From the NCBI RefSeq assembly GCF_006345805.1, contig NC_043008.1, positions 55,862,001-55,926,000 of the forward strand: a stretch of 64,000 bases of DNA, given 5' to 3'. Position numbers and translations under genes: made by a program. Positions 55,600 to 64,000 of this stretch are shown piece by piece. The DNA is from Octopus sinensis (Eukaryota). Each line of letters starts with the position of its first letter. Position 1 is the stretch's first letter. The notes below the pieces were generated by a model. The model was not told the origin of the DNA and ran no database searches. It worked only from the letters and a program-made list of their open reading frames with translations.

Positions 55600-55793
55600 G
55601 TTGAACAAACAGCAAATATAGGTGCAGGTGTGGCTGTGTGGTAAGAAGCTTGCTTCCCAATCACATGGTTCCAGGTTCAGTTCCACTGTGTGGCATCTTG
55701 GGCAAACATCTTCTACTATAGCCTTGGGCTGACCAAAGCCTTGTGAGTGGATTTGGTAGACAGAAACTGAAAGTAGCCCACCTTGTGTTTGTT

Positions 55794-55838
<45 letters not shown>

Positions 55839-56569
55839 GATGGTAAGGTTGTGAGTTCAATTCCTGATGACATGTTGTGTCCTTGAGCAAGACACTTTAT
55901 TTCACATTGCTCCAGTCCACTCAGCTGGCAAAAATGAGTAGTATCTGTATTTTAAAGTGCCGGCCTTGTCACACTCTGTCTCATGCTGAATCACCCTGAG
56001 AAGCTGAGAAGTATGTTAAGTGCACACTTGTCTGTGGTGTGCTCAGCCACTTGCATGTTCAATCTTGTGAGCAGGCTGTTCCATTGATCAGATCAGTTGG
56101 AACCCTCATCGTCGTAACCAATAAAAACATGTAATAGCAAATCTACTCTGTAGTGGCTGACCGAGGGCCAAACATCAACAGCTTCTAAATTTAAATGTGG
56201 ATGAACAAGGAATAGAATTAGCTGTTTTAGAACTAATTTGATAAATTTAATTCTAGGATATAAATTACTAATTACGAATTATTTTGAAACTGATTTATTT
56301 CCTACTGGGAAATCCACTTCAAAAATATTCCAGGTATTTGAAAAGGAAAACAAAACAATCAAAATAATGAAAAACAAACATAAATATAAAGTTTTTCAGA
56401 AATTCATTTTAACTTTATTTTTTTTAATACCTAGTTTAGTTAATATTTCTTTGTATCACTAAAATGGTAAGCTGGCAGAATCCTTAACATGCTGGACAAA
56501 GTGGTTAGACAATGTACAAAGGAATGGGAAAAAAATTCATGCTTTTGGAATGTGAGTCTGTGCTGATGA

Positions 56570-57140
56570 TTTTTTGGTTAGGAAGCAAATACAAATGTAG
56601 ATAGACAGAAGCTTGAACTGAATCAAGAAGGTCTTTGTGAAAAAGTTACTCAAAGAATAAATAAGGCTAAAACAACATTTATAAGAATGAAAAGCAAAAG
56701 ACCTTCACCCGAAAAGACATAATAATACTGAACTTAAAAATTGAGGTTAGAAAACTCTTAGTTGTCTTTTATGAGCAGAAACTTGGTCAATGTTCATAGC
56801 TATGAACAAGAAGATTGATGCTTTTGAAATATGGCTCTTTCATAGATTGGGCCAAATAAGCTGGTAATACAGAGTAACAAACACTGCAGTACTAAAAAAA
56901 AAGACGAAAATCTGAAGATGCCTATTGTTGAGAATCAAGTCTGCAAAACCATCATATTATGGACAAACAATGTGCCATGTGTCATTGCCCAAGAGTATCT
57001 TGACTGGAAGTGTGGAGGGGAAGAGAGTAAATGGCTGTCAAAGACATCTGTGGACTGATAACATCAAACAATAGTCTGGAAACAAGAGCCTGGTTGACTG
57101 GAAACTGGGAGGGCACCTGGCAAGTGAACCTTTGGTGATA
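56570..57140 (+). mobile_element. Decayed RTE-type LINE, C-terminal RT region
   Basis: Fragmentary translations INKAKTTFIRMK, ETWS, KKIDAFEIWLF, ISW..VTN..VL, KPSYYG, ILTGSVEGKR...LWTDNIK follow the RTE order, with many stops and frameshifts. Confidence 0.75.
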
Positions 57141-57430
57141 AAACACAGATGTTCTGTTCCTTCTGTGTTGGTCAGAACCCTTCTCACTATACCCTAACTC
57201 CATTCCACATATATGAGCTAGTCAACAAACCTCCCCCATTATAGCAATGCTGTTAATGATACCAACAAGGCAATGAATGAACATCTATACCAGTAATTCT
57301 CAACCGAGGTTCCATATGGCCCTTGGGGGCCCATATAAGATTTTGTTGGTAAAACTGATGTGTGATAAATTGTTTATACTTCTACAATAAAAGTCCAGGG
57401 CTGTGAAGGGTTTTGGAGCATTTATAAAGG

Positions 57431-57597
57431 GGTCTTGCAGCTGTTTCCGGGATACTTTGTATATCGATTCATCGGAGATGGTGCGGTGGGGGAGGTAGTT
57501 GAGCAATAGTTATTCTAGAGAAGATATGAAATAGAGAATAACTATTGCTTAACTATTTTCTCGCACCGTCTCCGATGAAGGGATATATAGAATATCC
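57431..57597. repeat. Inverted pair of hammerhead-like (CCGATGA...GAAAC) repeat units forming a long hairpin
   Basis: Arms ttcatcggagatggtgcg/cgcaccgtctccgatgaa and tagttgagcaatagttattct/agaataactattgcttaacta. The minus copy reads ccgatga...gaaacagctgcaagac. Confidence 0.6.
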
Positions 57598-59029
57598 TGG
57601 CTCCTGTGCAGGTGACACATAAAAAGCACCATTTGAGCGTGGCCGTTGCATGTACCGCCTGACTGGCCCCTGTGCCAGTGGCACATAAAAGCACCCACTT
57701 ACACTCTTGGAGTGGTTGGTGTTAGGAAGGGCATCCCGCTGTAGAAACTCTGCCAGATCAGATTGGAGCCTGGTGCAGCCATCTGGTTCGCCAGACCTCA
57801 GTCAAATCGTCCAACCCATGCCAGCATGGAAAGCGGACGTTGAACGATGATGATGATGATGATGATGAATACACAAAATGTTTTATATTTTTTTTTATAC
57901 AATTCCTGGTAATATTTAATTATAAAAATACAGCAGAATGTTTTTTTTTTATATACATTGAATGGCTGTAAAACAGCAATCACAGGCAAAATATGGTTGA
58001 CAACCACTGCTTTATATGATTAATAACAGCCTAATATCTGTTTAGCCCCTTTGTTACCAAACCATTTTAGACTGTCTCTGGTTCTATGATAAGATCTTCC
58101 TGTTTTGAAGTGATATATATTAAGAAAATTTAATGTTAATTTATGTTCCAAACAACAGCATAGCATTGACAAAGTTCATCATCAGCATCACCACCACCAC
58201 ACCACCACCACCACCACCACCACCACTGCCACCGCCGGCAAAGAACAAGCCTGCGTATATGGGTTACAGCGGTTCTACTTAGCTACATTGTTTTCAAAAT
58301 TAACCCTTTTGTTACCGTAATTATTTTGAGATGTTCTGTGTTTCTTTCAATTAATTTGAAATATAACAAAGAATTTAGTAAAACAACTTAGTTATCATTA
58401 AGCTAGTGTCAAGAACATAAATTGTGACTGAGGGTTGCTGGAATATTTTAATTCAAAACTTATGAAAACAAACATTTGTACCACAAAGCCAGAGGCGGTT
58501 TCAGTCAGGTTGGTATCGAAAGGGTTAATTGAAAGAAAGGTAGTATGTTTCCAAATAAACAAGATAACATAAGGCTTAATCACACCTCACTGTCTTGAAG
58601 TGAAAATATATTAAAAAAAAAAGAAGAAAAAAAATGGAAATCTGCATTGGGTTATGTTGACCTAAATAAATTCTGCCAGAAAAATAAGATGATGGAATCG
58701 ACATGGCTGGAAAGTTTGGTCCAGGCTGATCCTGGAGCTAAAACAGCACTGGTGTTAATGTTTTTGTTGTAACATTGCTGCTGTGCATTGTAATAATTCC
58801 AGCAGTGTACATTATGTTTGATTATGATCTGAGTGAAAATGTTTTTCACTCTCTTTCTAATACTTAGTTCTTGATTTTGTGTTTTTTTTTTCCCCATTAT
58901 AAATCCAGTGAAATGTGGAAAAAAAAATGTTTGTAAGTATGTGTGTGCATATGTGTATAAGCATGTACATACATATATGTAATGTATATATATATGATAT
59001 TTATGTATGCACGCGCCTGTGTGTGTGTG

Positions 59030-59092
<63 letters not shown>

Positions 59093-59113
59093 GATGATGA
59101 TGATGATGATGAT

Positions 59114-59144
<31 letters not shown>

Positions 59145-59287
59145 CACACATACATACATATATACAAACACACATATATACATGCATACATATCTACACA
59201 CACATATATAAAAACTTGCTCTCAGCTTGCGGATGAAACCAATGTTTTGATCATTAATAGGTTTTCCAGACATACACATGCGCACGT

Positions 59288-59359
<72 letters not shown>

Positions 59360-59360
59360 A

Positions 59361-59391
<31 letters not shown>

Positions 59392-59452
59392 TCTACCTTT
59401 TAATTTCTCTTTACTGAATTCACGAATGTACATTTAATCTGTGAAGTCTGCA

Positions 59453-59489
<37 letters not shown>

Positions 59490-59803
59490 AAAAAAGATTT
59501 CTAATTTTATTAAGTTTTTATTTGTTAATCTAATGAGTGATTTAGTTAATTTCTGTAATATACTCTAATTGTATTCACTTCACACAATAACTCAGCTATT
59601 GCTGTTTTCAACAACACTATTTCACCCTTACTCTTTAACACCCCTCCCGTTTTCTCTCTCTCCCCATCTCTTCCTCTGAGTTCCTCCCTCTCTCTCTCTC
59701 TCTCTCTTTCAGTATCCTTCCTTTCTATCTCTCAGTTTTCCCCTCTTTTGCATTTCTCTTCTTGTCTCCCTCATCTTTACCTCTCTGTCTCTTTTCTCTG
59801 ATT

Positions 59804-59847
<44 letters not shown>

Positions 59848-60989
59848 CCTGCTTTGTTGGCAAGCTGGCAGCAGAATCACTGGAGCATCACAAAAACGCC
59901 CTTGTTGCATTTGTTCTGGTTCTTTACGTCCTGAGTTCAAATCCTGCTGACGTCCAGTTTTGCCTTCCTTCCATCCCTCTAGCACTGGGGTTTATATAAT
60001 TCACCGGCTCCCACCCCACCACACACCTCCCCTCATAATATCTGACCTTGTGCTGAAATTAAATTATTGGTCTTTATTAAAAGAAAGTACCGGTCAAGTC
60101 CTAGATTCAATGTACTTGACTATCCTCTACTCCTAACTTTGCTGGCCTTGTGCCAAAACTTGAAAAAAATCATTATCACGATCACGGTCATCATCATCAT
60201 CATCTTCATCAAGGCAGTGAGCTGGCAGAATTTTTACAATGTTGAATAAAATGTTTAGTGGTGTTTCTTCTGGCTTGAGTTCAAATTCCACCAAGTTCAA
60301 CTTTGGTCTTTCATCCTTTCCAGTTTGATAAGCTAAGTACCAATGAAGTACTGGAGGAGTGGGGTTGGCTAGTATAATCTACTAGACCTCCTCGCTCGAA
60401 ATTTCAGGCCTTGTTCTTTGGAGAACAACAGTTGGGCGAGGGGCTGTGGATTTGGTGGTCAGTATAATCCTGAATCTGCGGGATTCCTTAACTGGACCCT
60501 ACTTAGAGGTTCTCCTCTATCAAGGGGACTGCATTATTGACACGTTTACATATTTTTTTATACCATGTATACTTTTATCTCGTTTCACTGCCTCTTCCCT
60601 TTCTTTTCCCCTCATCTTTTATGTAATTGTAGACTCTCCTTGCAGTGTCCCCTCTGATCTATGTCCCTCTGGCAAAGTAAAAGTAACTACTACCACCATC
60701 AAAACCACCACCATCACCTCCACTGTTACCACCATTGCTGCTGCCGCCGCCGCCACCATCACCACCGCCACTGTCACCGTCTCCACTACCACCACCACCA
60801 CCATCATTATTATTAACATGATTATTTTGGCTATTTTCCAACCCAACACGATAGTCAAAGTTATGATATGGTTAATTTATTGATCACACTAGTTGTTTAT
60901 TGCCAATGTCACAATTCTCTTATTGATAGATTTCATGGAACAAGTAATATTATGAGATGTTTAAAATCACACACACACACACACACACA

Positions 60990-61042
<53 letters not shown>

Positions 61043-61264
61043 ACACCCTTTGTTGTTATGCCTGAACAAGTAAAATAGTTTGTTACTATTCCATCTTTTT
61101 CTCAAGCAAAGTGTATGTAGGGCAACATTGTTCCATTGTGTCCTTCCTTTTTATGGTGTTGGAGCTTGATTTGAAGGAGAGTTGAGTGTTATTTCTAGCA
61201 GACTGAGATTCCTTTGTTGACTCATTTGTTTGTTTATAAATACCAGTTTGATATTTGGAGGAAA

Positions 61265-61650
61265 AATTTAATATTTCAGCTAGAGATCTTTATTTTTGAG
61301 GGTGAGTGCATGCGGAGTTCTTTAGCCTTGATGGTGAGTGTATGCAGAATATTTAGTCTTGAGTTTGAGTGGATGCAGATTTCTTTAATCTTGAGGGTGA
61401 GTGGATGTAGATTTCTTCTATCTTGATGGTAAGTGGTTGTATAGATTTTAAGCCATGAAGTAGAATGGATGTAGAGTACTTAAGCCTTAAGTGCGAGTGG
61501 ATGCAGTGTTCTGTAGCTTTGAGGGTGAGTGGATGTAAAGTTCTTTAGGATTGTGTGTGTGAGTGAAAGCAGGCCTCTGTAGCCTTGAGGGTGAGTGGAT
61601 GCAGAGATTGTTAGTCTCAAGTGTGAGTGAATGTAGAGGTCTTCAGCTTG
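61265..61650. repeat. Degenerate ~38-40-nt minisatellite (cttgagggtgagtggatgcag...)
   Basis: About ten diverged copies of the gagggtgagtggatg core. Confidence 0.8.
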
Positions 61651-61698
61651 GATGCAGAACTCTTGTCACTTTGTTAGTAAGTACAGTGAAGTTTATAC

Positions 61699-61738
61699 TT
61701 TGCTGATGAAGCCTTAATAAGACTGAAACATGTCCAGA
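61699..61738 (+). ncRNA. Minimal type I hammerhead ribozyme motif (Penelope-like retroelement type)
   Basis: tttg-CTGATGA-agccttaataagact-GAAAC-AT-GTC-caga: full core, stem II with one C.A mismatch, palindromic stem III (ACATGT), stem I tttg/caga, GUC site. Confidence 0.6.
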
Positions 61739-62761
61739 TTTGTCTCCTCCTCAAATAGTTAAAATATTATTATTCAGCATTTAATATTATTTTTTTTTCT
61801 TGTTCCCTCACTGCATAATTATTTTCAGTTAGATTTTTTTTAATGCTTTCTGCATTAAATGTATTAATACTAACTAGACTGCCTGTTTATTTAGCTGTCT
61901 GTCTCGTCACATATTTATTTCAAGTTAGTTTTTTTTTTATTTATGCTCCCTGCATGAAAAACGTTGATACCACCTTAATTATAGTTTCATCCAGTACTAT
62001 ATTATCTTAATATCTCTTTACATTTATTTTCTTTTTGATGTTAGAGTGTGGTTTTATAGAGACTTGGCTGCTATTTCTAAGCAGACGGAGCCTCCATGAA
62101 GAGGCTTCCTCAATGGCTCTGTAAAGCACCATATGTTGTACAATTGACTGACATTGGAAGCCTTCCAGAAATCACAGGTTCTCTCATCAGGATATATTCC
62201 TCCCCCTCCCCCAAGCCCCTGCCACACATTTGCGTATGATTCAGTGCTTATATTCCAACGAACATCTAGCTTTCTAAAACTGTGTTGTCTGCCATAAGTT
62301 ACATTGTTAAATGTAAAAGGGATGTGTAGTACATACTGGTGTTTTTATGAATGAAACAAACCCTTGCCATATGTATTCACACACAGTAAGCAAGCACATG
62401 GTTTGTGATCATTTGATTAAACATAATCTCATGTACTCGTTAGTATTTTTCTTCTCCAGTCGTTGCTAGCATTGGTATTAACTCTGATTTGTTTCAAATG
62501 CTTAACTAAACTCTCAACCATTTAACTAAAAACTAGTCATCTTCAGATTTCATTTTGATGCTTTTTAAATTTCTATTTGCTTAGTTTAGTTATTTGCCTT
62601 GTAATTAGGTTTGTTAATTAATTTGGTTATAAACTTCAGCTGTTTTTTCAAGCCTCAATGAATTATTTCACTTAACATATTTTGATGAGAATTATAATTG
62701 TTCATGCAGGCATGCATACATATACATACATACATGCACACACGGACACACACACACACAC

Positions 62762-62915
62762 AGAGGTTTTGTTAGTAAATGCTTAAAGGAGAATCTGGAT
62801 AAACTGGGATTTTCAGAAAGAGAGACTGACCGGCTGATTCGTACATTACTAGTGCAATCTGTAAGTGGAACAGTAAAAATATGCAAGACTTTTCTAAAGT
62901 TCCAAATGTGAATTT
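62762..62915 (+). mobile_element. 3' end fragment of a restriction-like-endonuclease LINE ORF
   Basis: RGFVSKCLKENLDKLGFSERETDRLIRTLLVQSVSGTVKICKTFLKFQM* resembles REL-LINE C-termini. Confidence 0.5.
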
Positions 62916-63934
62916 GTCTGTGTTAACTAAATCCCAAAGATGGAGCCTTGTATCTTAGTTGGAAACCGGTTCCCTCCTCGGTGGAAGATTTATAATAATT
63001 AAAAAAATAGAAGAGATATACATACACACACACACACAGATATGTGTGAGTGTGTTTCCTTGCCTTGATATCAGGCAGTAGTTGTAAACAAGTATCACCA
63101 TCATACAAGCAGTGTCCCTCATTTCCAATCTTCTGTGGAAACATGTTTGACCAGAGAAGATATTTATACTTTGCTTGGAAACAATATTAAGAATGGAGGT
63201 GACAAGTTCTCCTCCTGTCCCTCAAAATTTCAGGCCTTGTGCCTATAGTAGAAAAAAGAAAATTTTGGGGTCAGGAACTATCTTGGATAACTTCCAGAAA
63301 TTTCTGGCCTGGCACTGCTACTGAGAAGCACTGCTGGTTTGAGATAAACTGTACAGGCACAGAAGCGCTCCTACTCACATGTAGGAAGAATCCAGCTACT
63401 GGCCAAATCGATTGTGAAAATTGCTCCATCACCCATATTTTATGAAGCTGGGCACACACTGTGCCTCTGCCTAGTGGTTATGGCAGAAGAGGTTGTGTGG
63501 TGGACGAGGCTGAAAGGATTGAAGAAAGACACCTCGTTAGTCAAGTCCCCATCAATTTGTTCTACTAGGAAGGGAAAATGAAGTTGGTGAAGGAAGTGGT
63601 ACCTCCCATTGAATTTGTGAAGTAATGGATGACTGTGGCAAAAATGGTTTGAGTGAATCGCCCTACTTTAAGTCTACACTTGTAAATAGAACAACAGCTG
63701 GGCAAAGGCTTGTGTCTTTGGTGGTCTAGTTAATCCTGGATCTCTAGGGTTCCTTAATTGGTCCTAGTTGGACGGCCTCCTGTATCATACTTTGTATGCC
63801 ATTTATACTTTTATCTCATTTCACTGCCTTTTCCCTTTCTTTCTTTGATAAAATAAGTACCTTGAAATCACCAAAATTTGAAACCATTATTACCTTAAAA
63901 TCTCTGTGCCAAAATTTGAAATTACTACTACTAC

Positions 63935-63993
<59 letters not shown>

Positions 63994-64000
63994 CGTTATC

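Noticed and set aside
63250-63840. High-complexity block possibly encoding protein
   Set aside because: All frames are interrupted and its end is shared with 60460-60600, so it is probably a decayed retroelement. I could not assign the family.

Overview
AT-rich, microsatellite-saturated eukaryotic DNA. Its interspersed-repeat content resembles an Octopus (coleoid cephalopod) genome; this is recognition from repeat style, not a database match. There is no long genuine ORF. Nearly all entries in the ORF track are translations of (TA)n/(CA)n/(GA)n/(TAG)n/(ATT)n microsatellites or decayed transposons. The window holds many copies of four tRNA-head/LINE-tail SINE-like families, fragments of RTE and R4-like LINEs, a decayed mariner transposase, hAT-type MITEs (one with a clean 8-bp TSD), two non-autonomous Helitrons, several minisatellites and a 100-N gap. 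It most likely lies in the long introns of one gene. A phase-compatible chain of small candidate exons and microexons can be read on the minus strand (26643-26651, 24228-24281, 22243-22361, 13451-13465, 12958-13103). I cannot identify the product and the chain is unverified. The most striking signal is that three of these exons each have a downstream inverted copy of the exon end plus 5' splice site. One is a 39-bp near-perfect duplex 1.35 kb away, and two are local hairpins. They look like ADAR editing-complementary or splice-site-masking structures, although the transcribed strand is ambiguous. There is also a nearly intact minimal hammerhead ribozyme motif (61699-61738) and an inverted pair of degenerate hammerhead-like Penelope-type repeats (57431-57597).
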